Shown here: positions 25,143-40,079 of the stretch, piece by piece
Numbering within the stretch: the first letter of the stretch is position 1
How the letters are laid out: the number at the start of each line of letters is the position of its first letter
Assembly (NCBI GenBank): GCA_036172245.1
Contig: JAYWIR010000010.1
Span: 1,302,001 to 1,366,000 of the forward strand
Direction: 5' to 3'
DNA: 64,000 bases
Origin: Raillietiella orientalis
Lineage: Eukaryota
The notes under the pieces: generated by a model
What the model saw: the letters and a program-made list of their open reading frames with translations, nothing else
Databases searched by the model: none
Told to the model about the DNA's origin: nothing
Translations under genes and position numbers: made by a program

Positions 25143-28100
25143 AAACAATTTAGCTCTAAAAAACAGATAAATGCAGATTGAGCTTGTAAGCTTCCACAGC
25201 TAATTTTTGCAACCAAGCAACTGAGATGAGTAATTGCCTTTCAAGTTGAGTACTGGCTGGAGTAGATTTGTTATTTTATATTCAATAATTCATATGAAAA
25301 CTTCAGAAGGATCATGTATTTGATTTTATGTTCAGAGTGTCAGCAAAATTGAGTGACAATTTCTGTTCAATCAAAACAGATATCAGCTACTATTATGTTA
25401 GTATATGTCATTCTGAGAGATCAATTCGTGATTGTTGTAAATATCACAGTTTTCCAAGGCTGGACAAAAGCGCAAACGATGAACATTGTATCCTGAAAGG
25501 AGATGATTTCCTGCTTGCATTTTGCAGAATGAAAACCCCTAAACAAGAATGCTAGAGAGATAAAGCTAATTGGTTTAATCAGTTTACTTTTAGAAAAGAT
25601 ATTTGATATATGTAATAGTTTTAGGGATATGATGCTGAAGCACACACTAAATCGAATTTGCATTTCAAGGGAAGTGGTGACATCCAGTATTTACCTACAT
25701 TAGTGTTGGCACCAGACATAGCAGGTATGGCGGATGGCAGAGATACCATAGGCAACATCAAAGTTCTGAACTGGAATGCTTATTCATTCCATAAACACAA
25801 CACCTCTAGAAGAACTAGATTCCTGCTTCTGTTGATTCTTTATTTTTGTTCAATTCTTGTTCTCTTATTTTAAAGGAACAAACGTTTTCCCTCACTAATG
25901 GCCTGAAGTGCACTGTGCTATTAAGGGTATACTGCATTTCACAATCATACTCCGTTTTCGTGTTTAAGGATTCATAGTTCTTTCATAGACGATGTTAGAA
26001 TCAGCAAAAGCGATTAAATGATCATAACGCAGCGACAAGCAAAACTGACAAAAGTAAAACTTTGGTATTACATCCGAAGATCACGTTACATCAATGCAGA
26101 TGCTTAAAGGGCTTCATTTTTAACAAATTGTTGATATGGAGGGCAATAAAACAAATGGTCAAAACCGTTTCGGGGTCAAAACAACTTCCTTGGAAGATCT
26201 CCATTTTTTTTTTTTTTTTTATCCCCATAGAAAATTTACAGAAAATCAACGGTCATCCGATCCGAACCAGGTAAAATTCCAAGTTACGGAACGACTGGTA
26301 GGAATAATGTGCATACCTCGTATGGAAAGAATGAAACAGTGCATCATTCTTCGACTACATCACAGCTGCACTGAGAATCGTCCACGGTTCCGGGTCGGGC
26401 CGACATGCGCACGGCAGCGGCCAGCACCGAACGCGTGTACGTAGCCTCCGGCGCTCAGCTGATGAAGAGGGATGCAATTTGGGTGCAGCCGGGTGTTCGC
26501 GTCTCAGCCGCAGGGGTGCTGCATTTAGAATCACGGCCGGAAGGAATGACTGATCGGTTCGTGAGAAACAGCGAAAATCACAGACGCACTGCGTCACCTA
26601 GATGAAAAGCGAAAGTGCTAAAGTGTCTCAAACACCTGAACACTTCTTGCACGCGGTCACACGCCAGATTGACGAGGAATCGCAGGAAAGAGAAAAAGAG
26701 TGGGCGATGTTGGAATGCCATCGCAACGAGGCCGCCATGGAGAGAAGGAAAGACCGAAAGAACGAGTATTGCAGCGTTTCGTGGAACTACTCGAATGGAT
26801 AAATGGATGTGGATTTCTCTATGATTCGTTTTAAGCCGTGGATGAATCTGCTGCTTTTGGTGCATGACAGTTCAAAAATCCTTTTTCCATTTCGAATAAC
26901 GTATGATAGTGGAAAACGCATTCAAGAGCGAAAGACACAAACAGTTGGCGTTGCAACCGGTCTGGGAACACCAAGGAAAACACATTTAGATTGGTGTTCA
27001 TTTCTGTACACCTTAATTCAGAATACAACAGCAAGAATGCAGTCCTTTTGGAAGTGTTTTCGAGATGACATTCATCAAACGGAATTCTGATGAACCAGGA
27101 AGGAAAGCAGATTTCAAAGGCTGTTTACGAGAATTTTTGTAGTCAACATGCTTTCTTGATTACACTGAATGATCCAGTGATCGTGATACTTTGTAGAAAG
27201 TAATTTTGGAGAGAGCTGAGACTTCCCCGGCACTTTTTTTGCGCTTTGAATTCATAATTTATTGAACCTTAATTAAATTACCTCCGATGTATATCTGTGC
27301 TGTTCTCTCGAGCGACAGTTAATGATTTTCTAGATTGTTTCGTTTTCCATCGTTGCATCTTGTTCTGATTATGCTTGGAGACTTCCCCTACTTCGTCCCA
27401 GATAATCATCATGATAGAATCAAACCTTGGCTATTCCACCATTCTAGAAGACTGAAAAAATGGAATGAAAATACTCTACGAAACATTTCATGACTATGCT
27501 TTTTAATGTGTAGGAATATAGTGACGATCCATTTCATCATCACCTCATAGTTTGCGATCCTTGAGTGATTGTGAAGTCTTAACGCGGCTGCTTTTTAATG
27601 CCACTTGTGGACGTGAAAGTATAGACATCTATAAACGCCTTCGTCATCACTTTCCCTCATCGTCATCAAGCATGTCTCAGAGAACGAGATTTCTCTGTGA
27701 TCCACAGCAGACACGTTAGGAAGCTGACAGAAAAAAAATCAATGAACATTCGGCAATTCTGAAAGCCAAGCCCTATCAAACTGAACAAGGTTCTACATTT
27801 TCAAATCATTCGTCCACGTATTTTGCAAAATGTACTACAGCTATCCATGAGCAATTACAGGGTAGAGAATAGATCTTTCTATAAGGAAGATTTTACTGAT
27901 TTCGTTCTGGGTTCTAGTTTTGTTCCAAATGAACCGAATCCATCCGAGATCAATAATGCTTGCTTCTCAATTTGTTGCTTAAAATAAAAAAAGGAATATT
28001 GTGAACGAGATGCACGTTTTTGGAAGAAGGAAATATTTAAAGTCAGTATGCTCAAAACATGCCGTAGAAATCCAAAAAATAAACAATATTCCCTGTCTTG

Positions 28101-31100
28101 AAAAAAAGTGAGGCAGGCGACCTTATGCTGCAAGCAGAGAACATACCAAGATGATGAACAATAGCCAAAGGCTTGTCACAGCTCTGGTACCAAAGACGGC
28201 AAACCGGAAGAGCATCCATTCTACATGGACAATAAAGAAAAAGACACTGTGGGCTCAGCATCTACAAATAATCCCTAGAGGCAAACTTTCGAATGCAGAG
28301 CTCACAACAGTAATTTTCTAATCGGAATGGATGATGACAAGAATGTCTCTTAAATAAAAGACGCCAAACAAAATCGATACATCAGATGATAGCATACAGA
28401 TCCATCCTTAAAATCACAGGGGCGTTTGAGATATCCATCTTTGAATTCACTCACCGAAAAAAGGAAATATTGAGAGACGACGCGAAGGGATGGAAGAAAA
28501 GCAGAAAGAAAGAATACTTGGCAACAAAAGTATCGACGATGAAGCCTTGAAAAAAAATCAAAAGACAGTATTACCGGAAACCATCGGAACGCTGTAAAAG
28601 ACGAAAATGTCTCCCGAAGTGTTTACCATTCACGCTTGCAATATAGACAGGGACTCGAGCGTGGGCGCCAAAACAGATTTAGCGGATTAGCAATCCTCCT
28701 CATGAGGAGGGACTGAATTCCAGACCTACTGCACATCTTTATTAGTGGAACTCTGGACAGCGACTGGAAACATAGGTTTGTAACATTTTCATGTATTCTT
28801 AAACTAGTTAATGCGATAGCAACAAATGCCCATGCACCTATTCTAAGTAGTGTAGCCGCAACAACTGCAAGTAGGACTGGCGTGCAAGTTGAAGGGACAC
28901 AATAGGGTACTAAAATTGCTACTCTACTTGTAATGTGCACATCAGTCCATGCTACAAGTGCAGTGTTTGTCCTTTGAACTGACGTAGATGGTTTTTGGAA
29001 AATTAGCGTAATCACCTCATTTCATAAAAAGCTTAATGTACTTATATGTGAAAAAAAAAAATACTGCAGTCAAGGGACTTTTTATATCGTAACTAATTTT
29101 GTAATTTTACGGGTTGTTTTAAAGTGTTGGCATAAGTCAGAACTAGAGCCCTTGAACCAGAACTCCCTGCATTGCGATCAGTTTCATCTGTGCGAAATTC
29201 CTCTATGTTGTTCCAAATCACCTGAGGTACAGGAATAGTAAGGACTTGTGCGATTCTAACTCCTTTCATAAGACTGATTACTTGGATCAGTTCGGCAGAT
29301 TTTCAACTCACCTCCATAACCAGAGTCTATAGTTCCAGGAGAATTCAAGACGGTAATAATCCATATTTCTGCACACATCTTTGGGTTGGGAAGCATTTTG
29401 TTGTTTATTTTTCAGAGTCCATGTGTGGAATGGATGCTATTTCCCAGTAGTCGTTGAAGAATTCCCGGAAGAAACGTTGTTATACCCGTTTATGTCAATC
29501 TCTTTCTTCGAAGACTTCATAGACTACCTCCTTTGCTGTCGTCCGGGTATAACAACGAAATTCTCCGATGACTACCGAAAAGGGTTTCAGTTGTGGGATG
29601 CCAAAAAACATGCTATGATACAAACCATGTCCTTACAGTTGATGGGTACGGTTTCTTATTGAGATCACCGAGACGTGACACATATAACCAGAATACGATG
29701 GTGTTTTGGGAATTAGTATGTTGTACGGTCTTCTTCGTGATGGCGACGTGGCTGTTGAAGCAGAGAAGGAAATGCTCAAATCTCGGAACGATCTCATTCT
29801 GGCATGGAACCCAGGAGAGAATCGGATATGTTTTTCATTGAACGATCAGAATAGGATATTTGAAGGAACAGGTGCAATCCACAAGCCTTAGAGAAAGTGC
29901 TTGCCATAATGCTAAAGAAAGAGTTCAATGTTACTGCTCTCCTTTTGAGATGGCATGACTGGATCCTGACAAATTTTGTATGGGACCTAGTCAGATGCTA
30001 TCCTGGTATCCAGAAGCTTATCAGCGGGATAAAAGCTAGGAACTCGATGTCTTTCGGTTGGATTGCTGGGAAAAGTATGATAACGAACGAATTTCAAGGA
30101 ATCATCGAGCAAAAGTTTTGACTGTGTAATGCCCTTACATCACATAATGAATGAACATGAGATTGCAGAATATGGATCTTTCATGTTGCATGTATTTATG
30201 TATGTTGTATGTAATGTTTACATATTCTTCCATGTTGGTACTGCAGTGACTTCCTCAATAGTGTCAAAGTTCATTCTGTGTCTTCTCAGACAGTTACCTG
30301 ACAAAGTAAATGCTTCGAGCAGCATACTTGTAGACAGCAACGGAAAAGCTGGTTCTTGCAGCATGTTAAGCACCATGTGGAACAACAGCTAAACAGATCT
30401 GTTTAGCTGTTGATGAAACGAGCCCAGGAACGATTGCCAAAAGGGACAAAGAGGAAGCGAAACGGCTGTTGCGTAGGGAACCTTTCCTTGGTAACCGGTT
30501 GACCAGCCAGTGTCAGGTTTGAGATGTTTTGGGGATCATCATACACAAAGCTGAACAGGAAAAATCGGACCAAGGGAACGTTGACACTTGCTAGCACGGA
30601 TCGAGAGCATCACAGGATGTTCCAAAGACTAGTTTTCAAAGGTCATAGGATGGAAGACCTACTGTGGAAAACTGCAGAAAATATTAAGCAGCAAGAAATC
30701 TACCAAAAAAATCTGTGATAAATGACTTATAAGCTGAATTACACCATTTCGAAACAGATAATACATAAACACAAACGCACAAGATGCTCACTATAAATAT
30801 CAACTGCAAAAGGGGTATCTTTCAATTTCTAAGGTGAGCAAAACGTTTCCTCAGAAATGGATTGAATGAAAATGAAAATTGGAGAATTTTTGCTTCGGGC
30901 GAAGGAATCGAGGAAACCCCATTCAGTCACCATCCGGAAATTCTTCATCACCTATTACTCTCACGCGGAATACGACGCCCACGCTTCCCATCCAAGGAGG
31001 CTCGGCAGAACGATTCCGCAGCAGTGCGAATGTACCGATTTGTAATACTTCGTAGTTCGACGATACATCCGTGGGATTCGAGGCGTTTTGACCCTTTATT

Positions 31101-31465
31101 TTGCTTTGGCGCGATTGAAAATGGGAGCGCATTCACCACCCCAAACTTGAGAAGGATTTTCACTTTTCGCGACCATTGGATAATTACAATGTGGAAATCA
31201 TAGAAGAAAATGGAAATTTGTTTCAAGACGGAATACAAAGAAATGCGCATACAAACAACAGGCAGCGTACCATGAGATAGAATCATTAGAATGGCTCATA
31301 TGAATGCCGGGCAAGCTTTCAATGGCAATAGTAAAACATGTGCATTTATTTATAACGTAGGAACGAAAACGTGCAATAATTGATAGAAACATTTATTACG
31401 ATACAATAATACATCATCACAATATTGTTGCGGTACATGAGAAATGAGTCATGGAGTGGGGATCT

Positions 31466-32526
31466 TCATTTGTATCGCATTCCACTACCTATGGTTTGCA
31501 GCTTCATTTGCCGTCTCAACGCTTGCTGTGTCCCTGGAATTAATGTGGGTGATGTTGGCTGACAATTGGGGCTAATTTTTGTGTGTGGTTGGCTATTTGG
31601 TGAAGTGTCAGAAATGCTGGTTCTCTTCATTGTTCTTCTCTCTTTTCTTAACAACGCAATCTTTCGTTTTTCCTCTATTTCTTCAGGGGAACAAGTTACA
31701 GACTGTGTTGCAACGTACTGTCCACCACTGATAGGGAATAGATCCTCAGTTTTATGTTCACCAACTGAGTTCTGAGCATCCTCCATCATAGCACCAAGTA
31801 GCAAATCCAATCCATCCTTTCCAAAACTAACTTCTGCATCACTCTGCTCTGAATGGAACACTTGTTCCAAGGAAGTACACTGCTCCGAGATTTCTTGACA
31901 GCATTGAACCAGTTCCTTTAATGGACTCTCTGGTCGTAGTGTTCTACATGGACTGCCATCCAAACGAAATGTTGCTCTTCCAGGTTGAACAGGACTGCTA
32001 TGCACTGGTGGGACATGATAGCTCTGAGTTGAAGGGTCAAATAGGGCATCTTCCATTTCTTTTGTAGATAAAAGGAAGGAATCACTCAATTCATCATTCA
32101 ACTCTTCTAAGATACTGGTATTAGTTGTGGATGAGATTATGTTGTTCTGAGAGGCAGAGCCAGTATCTTCTGCTCTCAGTCTCACAGCCAACAAATGTAG
32201 TTCCTCGGGAATTTCTAATGATGCTACACAAGATAAAGGACCTTTGTTTTTTTCCAATTTTTTGTTAGTGATGGAATCTGGTGGAATATCTGCATCTAAC
32301 GGCAAGAATGACTGCCAAAAATCATCGTCCGTTCCTTGAGCACCCTGATCTTGAAAGTGGCCCATCTGCACAGATAACTGCTGCACTACTCCAGATACAT
32401 CACACTGTTTTTTGAAGTCCTTGCAACTCGCAGCTTGCCGAGTAATCCTCTGGACTACAGTTGGAGACTCTTTGTCCCAAACAATTTCTTGAGTTGCTGC
32501 ACCCACTAGAGGAGGACTCCAAAATT
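31466..32526 (-). CDS. ETAA1-like protein (putative RPA-binding ATR activator), large exon; upstream exon(s) not resolved
   Basis: ~350-codon open exon after a tttccag acceptor. QEIVWDKESP resembles the ETAA1 ATR-activation motif (DIFWDxxSP) and CSPEEIEEKRKIALLRK resembles the C-terminal RPA32-binding motif. The rest is acidic/Ser-rich, disordered-looking sequence. Confidence 0.7.
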
Positions 32527-35279
32527 CTGGAAATAGTGTTCATGAACAAGTTAGTCTCGACCTCAACAAATAGCTTGGAACAATAGTAATGTCTGCACAT
32601 AAAAATCCTACTGCTTTCCTACACTGTTTTGGACATGCAATCTCCATCACATACTGCTACTTTGATGAACAAGATAGTTTCTTTCTACTTTGAATGAAAT
32701 GATTGAATCTTGATAATCACATCAAGCTACAAACTGATACTGGATTCAGTTATATTTCTGATTCATTTCAGACCTAACAAACTGCCATTCAGATGTGTCT
32801 CCTAACTACATAGGTCATGTTACCATAAAGAATGTGCACCTCTCAAATCTTGCTTTGGAAACTTTTTGCTCAAACAGATACTCTATATCAACTTGGTATT
32901 CATAATATTCACTTGTAAATTGCCAGGTTTTTTAAGAATCCATGTTTACTTTCTACATTTCAGATCCAAGAAGGCTGACTCAGGAGCTTTTCCTGAACTA
33001 ATGAAACTAATCTGTACTATTGATCAGTTGAAAATCTGTTATTCTTATAGTGTGATGATAAAATTATTTTGTATAAGAAAGGTAAAACCAATCAAACTAC
33101 AATTGACAGAATTATTCTTGTATTTAAGATAATACAACTTCTTTTATAGAAAAAAGATTGCAACTGCCCAAGCTTGTTTTGTTGACTGTCTCCAATTATA
33201 ACAAAACTGTAATTTCCAAAATACATAATCCTCATGCATGTGAGATACAAAAAACAACAGAAGTCAAGATTGCAATCAAATATGACTTTTGGGTGACAAA
33301 TAAGATTATACACAAACAAAAAACAAAATGAAAAGAAAGACATGTGAACTGATACTTTGCTTGTCTCATGAACACACACCTTTACCCTCATTCAGTTGAT
33401 TTTGATTGGAAAGGCATGATTTCTTAAATGTCGGTGTCCTCATCATTCTGAGTAACATCCAGCTGCATCCTAGCCCTCAAGCTATCAGCTCAAATCCAAA
33501 TATTCCATGAAAGCTTTTCTTTGCTGGAACAAACACAGCACATATGCAATCCAATTCAATGTAAAATTTGAATCTATTTCCATTCACTCTTTATAAAACA
33601 TTAGTACGATTGTTTTTCACTCCTATTTCCAAAGAAAATAACTAATTCAGCACTATACCCGTTAACAGTTTAAAACATCAAGGGATGCAAAAACATCATA
33701 TCAAACTAACTTATTGCCCTTGGTAACAGATGTTTGTAGTTATCTCAATAATGGCTCAATGCACAAAGCTGGGACAAAAGAGTATTCTAATACCACAAAA
33801 GTGTGTATTAATGTTTTTTTTTTTTTTTTTTTACAGTCTTTCACAGTCATCAATCAACTTTCAGGTCTTTATAATTGCTTTGATATTATGCATATTTTAT
33901 CACGTAAAACATCAACATAAATTCATTGTAGGGAATATTTCAGTGTTCCTTCGATGATACAAAAAAAGAAACTGAATTTGGTAAGGTTCACATTAATCTG
34001 TTGTGACTTATAATTTTAAAGTTTATTTTCCAATAACAGTTTTTTTTTTAAAAATACCATTACCATTTCATTTCGTAAACTGAATTCATGGATGTGAATG
34101 TCCTGCTGAATATTTCATTTTCCATGAATACTTCTGTGTATAACTAGGTACGTAATTTCTTGAATTTACGAAGTCCACTTCAGAAATGTTTGAGAGGAAA
34201 ACCATACGGCTGATACGCAGGAGAATCCCAAAACCGAATCGAACGATCAAAGGCAATTATCAGATAATTTTGATTCATAATTTTGATTAATGGGGATGGT
34301 GACTTTCGAATCAGTGAACACTTCCGCGTTGTGTAGGGCAAAACAGAGGATTTAAATCACATTAATTTACTGCTGTGGATGCAGTTGGTTCCTGGAAAGG
34401 ACGTTTGTCGACTTTTCAAATCCACGCTCAACGTCGACGTACGTCGATTCGTCCACCGGAAGTTCTTGGGCACGTGCATAATGGAATTTGACTGGGATAA
34501 CATAAGGTGAGCAAGTGAAATTTTTGAAAAACAAAGGAAAACCTGGGAATAACATATAATCATCATAACGTTCACACATTTGGTACTTCCGTGAGCAACG
34601 TTTGCATCCTTATCATATGAGGAACGAGCACAGTCAGTAGCTAGGTATCCGTCAACTTATGGAGGGCAAGTAAAAATAATTAGAAATTCCAGTGGAATTT
34701 AATTAAGGCTAATCTCAGAGTTCTCGGAACGAAAATAATGGGTGTTTATCTCTGTCGAGTTTGAGTCCTAAGGGGCCAAACTACCGACCTCCTTATTCTA
34801 GCTGCAATAAGGACTTTAATAGTGTTGATGAATGAACAGTCATACGCAACTGTATTTGTTGTCTGAGCAGAAGGCATTGAAAATTTTCTTTTACAATATT
34901 CTTCACTCATTTTTTTCTTGTTTGTTATTTTCCCTTACGGTGATGTGATCAAAATACTGACGATTGCATCAGAGCTCGGACCTCTGTAAAAGGCTGCTTC
35001 ACCCGATCCATAAAACTCTTACAGCCGACCGTTAGTAAAACCATACCATGTTGAAATCACTTTTTGAAATATTTTTATTGTCTTGTACGAAACGAAACAG
35101 TCGTTGAAAAAAAGAAAAACTTAAGTAGATCGTTTGCATCCATGTTTTTTTGTTCCTTTGGGCTCATGGGAAAAAATTTGCAGCCTTACCAACATGCCGT
35201 ATTTGTTAGTTCCAAACAAAGAAAACATTCAATTTTTTTGTTCCAGAAGTACTGCTATGTGAGAAACATAATGGGAATC

Positions 35280-36030
35280 CTGCTTTTCTGTCTTCGCAGT
35301 TCTTCGGCACGGTTCCACGCCACCTGAGGGTGGGTGATTCTTCAAGATGGGGGTTACCCCGGGAGGGGTCCACCCCACGAATCCAGGAAGGACCCGGAGT
35401 CCGTTCCTCTCACGCCTGGGAAGATATTTCCGGAAATGGAGATCACCTCCACCCTGGTTGTCTCCGGAGGGGAATCCAGAAGGGAATCTCCTTCCTTATG
35501 CTCTCTGGAGGACCCCCGGAGGGGTCCGCTCCATTCTTTCTTCTCTGAAGGGAACCCGGCAAGGATCCGCTCCTGGAACAAAGAAATATAAAGATATCGC
35601 ATTGCAGCTCAGAAGTAGTGGGAAGCAAACAAAGGTGCATGCGATCATCGTCGGTTCACTGGGAACATGGGATCCTGCAAATGAACAAGCAGTCCAGTTC
35701 TTAGGAATACTGAAGAGAAAGCTTGTGGAGTTGAGCCACCGGATGGTGGCCACCTGTATCCGGTACTCAAGCGCCATTTATGCAACTCATGTGAAGAAGA
35801 AAAACGACAGCCTCCTCGATCACTTAGACAATGATCTCCCTCCGGAGGATTTCGAGCAAGTCAGCGAAGCCCCACTCGAAATTCCTTGCCGTCAAGGAGA
35901 CACTGCCGGGAATTACGATGTGCAGGAGTTTGGACTCCTGAGGATCGATTGCCGCCAAGCCCAATCCGCCTTGCATCGACCTGGTTATTTCCAGCAAGGG
36001 CATTGATCCATTCCATTCTTTATAAATAAG
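35280..36030 (+). mobile_element. 3' fragment of RLE-type non-LTR retrotransposon (Utopia/NeSL-like)
   Basis: KKYKDIALQLR...AIIVGSLGTWDPANE...MVATCIRYSSAIYATHV is the typical restriction-like endonuclease C-terminus; AT-rich tail near 36020. Confidence 0.8.
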
Positions 36031-36399
36031 ATTGTCTGCGTATTCCAGGTGGGGTCAGTCTCACGTTCCGATTCCTTTGAAGCGATCACCATGATGGATC
36101 ATTCTCGATGGGACTACCATAGCACTAGAACACATAGAACTCATAGACTCTGGGCGTCAGCTTGTAGGATATGCCTTCCACCCGAATGACTTTGGTCTCA
36201 CCTCCGTTGGCCTGAGTGTTGAGGTGTGCTCTTATGTCTCCCTGGGAGATTTCTGCCCACCCGCAGAACTGGCTTGGAAGATCTTTCCTTTCGCAAGATC
36301 CTGACAAGCAGTTGTGATCCTGTCGAATGCCTTCATGTCTGTGAAGCCCGGCATCAGTTTGCTGCCGATATATTAATCCGGTACTGTTGTTGTCAGATA

Positions 36400-37540
36400 T
36401 GCGACAGCATGCTGCCGCTCATGTCTGCATCGGAGAGATCACCGTTGCCATGATGACTAGAACTCGGCCGGTCTAGATCTTCGCCAACCATCTCGTGTAC
36501 CTCGTCAAGCGGCTCCTGTGCGTGTGCGGAAATGGAAGTATAATGGAGAAGAAGCTTCCTCGGTACGCCCTGTATACGCTATGCACAACACTTTTGACCT
36601 CAGACTTTTGACTATTTGATAGCGGGAAATTTTAGCCACCGTCTGCATCTGGATGGCGTTCTCGTTGTGCGTGTCAGGGAACGCGACCAAGTTGCTGGCC
36701 TACAAACCTGGGATAACAGACTCGGGGAGATCATATCGTTTCAGATGCATACCTGTGCCCTCGGGCTGAACATGAAGTCGCTCCTTACACGCTCACCAGG
36801 AAGATGCGAACGCTTCCAGACCAGAGCTCCCGGACTCCAATCTACCGCCTTTGAAAGCTGCAAACGTCTTTAAGGTGTGAAAACCTTGTTCTCACTAGTG
36901 TTGCGACTCCATTTCTGTACTTGGTGTCTTCGCTGACGAAAGTTGGGAAACCAGTCACTCCTGGAGCTCTTGAGCGGTGTTCTCACTCACATCGCAGGTT
37001 TTTCTTCTTCGAGGCAGATCATGCGATCATACTGACCTCACCCGATGTCACCGCCAGGGGACTTGGGAAGGGGACTCTTCGAGAGGTGGCATTTAGAAGG
37101 ATTCTGCAACCACTCATCAGAAGAAGATCCTGGGAAATTCCTATTGGGTGAAAATAGTGGAAAATTCTCTCGGCCCGGTGGCGACATCAGAAGCATGTGG
37201 ACGGTGAGAAGGTGGGCCTCCTCCCGTACATCAGCAAGATGGGAGCTCACCGATGGAGGACTAAAAGTTCACATTGGTGAGAAGAATGTTTGCCGCTGCG
37301 ATAGACGGACATCCTAGCCAAGGGGAAGGCCATGCTCTGCATTGGACTCCATCGTAGTTCAAGCTCTTTCATAGTCACCGGTGACTCCGCTCTTTCACCG
37401 CCATCTCCTAGATGTCTCCGGAGACTTTCATCACTTCGGTTCGTTGATCACCACTTCATCCATGCAGCAAGGTTGAACTGCCTATATATGGAGTGGCTAG
37501 AAGACCACTTGATGAGCTGTTTGAGAAACACCGCTGCCTC
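36400..37540 (+). mobile_element. Degenerate RLE-type non-LTR element fragment
   Basis: LRFVDHHFIHAARLNCL near 37435-37480 matches the RFxDWRFIHxARLN linker motif; upstream is frameshifted. Boundaries approximate. Confidence 0.55.
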
Positions 37541-39119
37541 ATGAGAAATGATTTTCCTCTCCCAACCTTCTGGGAGCATCAAATAAATGGGATATGCCTT
37601 CAGATATGTTCCTGGTTCCACTGGAATTTGCAATAAATAAGAGCGAAGTTATCAGTCCGCAACACCCGAAAAAGGAGGGCCATTAGTCTACTGATTCGTG
37701 CTTCGCCCAGGCCAAAAGTCATTAGGGAGAAACCAGAGGAGACTTTGTTAAAGAACTCCATTTCTTCTGTATCTTTCACTGGAAGCAACAACTACGAATT
37801 TGTGGAGAAAATCTCAGCCCATGGAATCCCACCGCTTTTCTCCGAAAAGAAGTGCTGTTTCTTCGGCGAGCTCTTCACTCCAAATGAATCCTAATGGCTC
37901 GGGGCAAGTATCGGTGTGCCTCAGAAAGTAACAAAGGATTCCTCTTCTGAAGTCCAGCACCACCAGCAGCCAGAAATGCTGCAAATGACAAGGCACAGTT
38001 TTGTACGCTGCGACACCCATCAGAGAGACCCAGACTGTGTGACTCGACACCCGTAGCGAAGTGCTTTGCTAATCGGAGCATTCTGGTATTCTGACGGGTT
38101 CTCTTGAACTCCCCGGGAAAACATGCCAGTTGTTTTGGTGAACACCTAAAAATTCCCATTTCCTTGAGAAAGGCAGTTTAAAACTCGCAGAGGCTCGATT
38201 TGGGGCGACATGGAGTCAGTCTAGTAAGCAAAGTTTGAAGCAACGTAGTGGAGTCCTAGTTCTGGAAAAGATATCTTGAATGAGATTGTCTGCCGTTATC
38301 CAGCCCAAATGGCAATACAACATCAGTAGGGGTTGAAACCCCAGAATACCGAAGAATAATTCTCGACTGCTCTCCAGGTGTTAGCCACAATGGGGAAATG
38401 AATCCTAATCTAAATCCAGTCCGTTTTGTTCCTACTCAACAGAACGAATTAAAAGCAATGTTCCTAGTTGTATCTAGGCTGCTAGACCCTTTTTTTTTTT
38501 TTTGAGTTTTTCAATTTTTCCAATGTGATGTACCACGTGCCATGGGCTCACTGATTTTTCAGGGAGACATCAGCTAGGTGCTCTTTTCTTCTTCCTGAGA
38601 GATCCAACTGCTGCTCCGAAAAATGCTTCATACATGAAGGCGATACTCTCTTGGTCTAGATTTGCTCTACAAGTTCAACAGCTCCTGTTCCGTTTAAGTT
38701 CATTTTCCTCAGAGTTGTAGTAGGCTGCTATGGAATCTGAAGAGTGAGCATTGGTATCTCCTGAAACAACGAGAAACCTCTCGAAGTCGGTACCCTTCAC
38801 ACGTTGGAAGAGTGAACGTTGCTCTTCTAAAGCTATTCAAAGAGAAGAAAGGCGAAATAAAACTGAATTTTCAGTCTTCTTTTGTGTTACTAGACTAGTA
38901 ACACACCCCAGCATTAGTGTTCCAGTTCAATGACAGCAAGTGCTTAACAGTTCTCGAGGAGCTGTAGATTGAAAGATGAGTTTTGCGTGATCAAAAAACA
39001 GAAACAGAAACAAGAAGTGGATATAGAAGCTCCAAAACATATAAAGACATCAACCAACTGGTTTCCGGATTCTCTTGCGATGATGCTACTCGTAGTATTC
39101 TGAGGTGATGATGAAGGAA

Positions 39120-39900
39120 TCACTTTTGGGGACGTTCTTCTTGCTCCAACTCAGCTTCTTCTTGCATATGCTGCTCATCAACAGCTTTTACTTCTAGAAA
39201 TTGCTTGTTTGCGACATCGCCTAGGAGATGTCCGAGCCGATGTGTCCAGTAAATTCCACAACCATATCGGCTGTATGAGGCAATCATCAGAGGTCTCAAC
39301 TTTTCGGAATGCAGTCGTGGGACACCTACCTTAACAAAGCATCCCATAATTGTAGGGATTTCAGCTTCCCAGAGATTCGATTTTGAAGGTTCAGGATTCT
39401 GATTTGCAGCCCTTCTGAGAGGTTTGCAGGACCATATCTCTACATTTCTCCTCTTTCTTCTTCATGGCAGAATCAAAAGGCTCCTCACCATTTCCAAATA
39501 GACAGGAAGTACCGACCGTTGCCCTTCTGCAGCACAAAATCTGGAATACCCCTGGCACACACTTGTTGGTTGCAGCGTTCTCGATCTTCTCCACAACAGC
39601 ATCATGCCTAGTCGCGTATAGGGAAGAGGCTATAATGCAATGATCAAGTATGTGATGCAAAGTATCATTCCATAAATTACATCGTCGGCACGAGCAGCGA
39701 TCTGCTTCAGATATCCCTGCCACCCACCGAACAGGAAGCACGTTCATTCTGACTGAATCGAGGAGGCAGCAGTCAGCAAAGCGTAAGTAATGTCCAGTAG
39801 CAGCGAAGAAGCAGTCGGATGGAAGATGGAGTGCGGCTCAGTGCATGGCTTTTCCTTGAGCTGGATGATCAACCACAAGGGGTTGCCATGAGCGTTCACG
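39120..39900 (-). mobile_element. Degenerate RLE-type non-LTR element (zinc knuckle plus RLE)
   Basis: CRRCNLWNDTLHHILDHC...YATRHDAVVEKI; F.NGEEPFDSAMKKKEEK. Confidence 0.8.
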
Positions 39901-40079
39901 CTGGGCACCAATCCATGCCGATGTAAACGTTCTTCTTGGCGTTGCTTCTATTGAGCGTTTGGGTTATTACAATCACCATTGCTGGAATGGCTCTGGAGAA
40001 TCCTTCGAGGATGATGTTTCCTCCGTGTTCTTCACGGTTCCTCGGTGCTCTCTTCCGAGGTGAGAGCATGGTCCAGATC

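Noticed and set aside
26300..31200. Scattered short ORFs that might be decayed transposon or endogenous viral sequence
   Set aside because: No recognisable motif or consistent splice structure.
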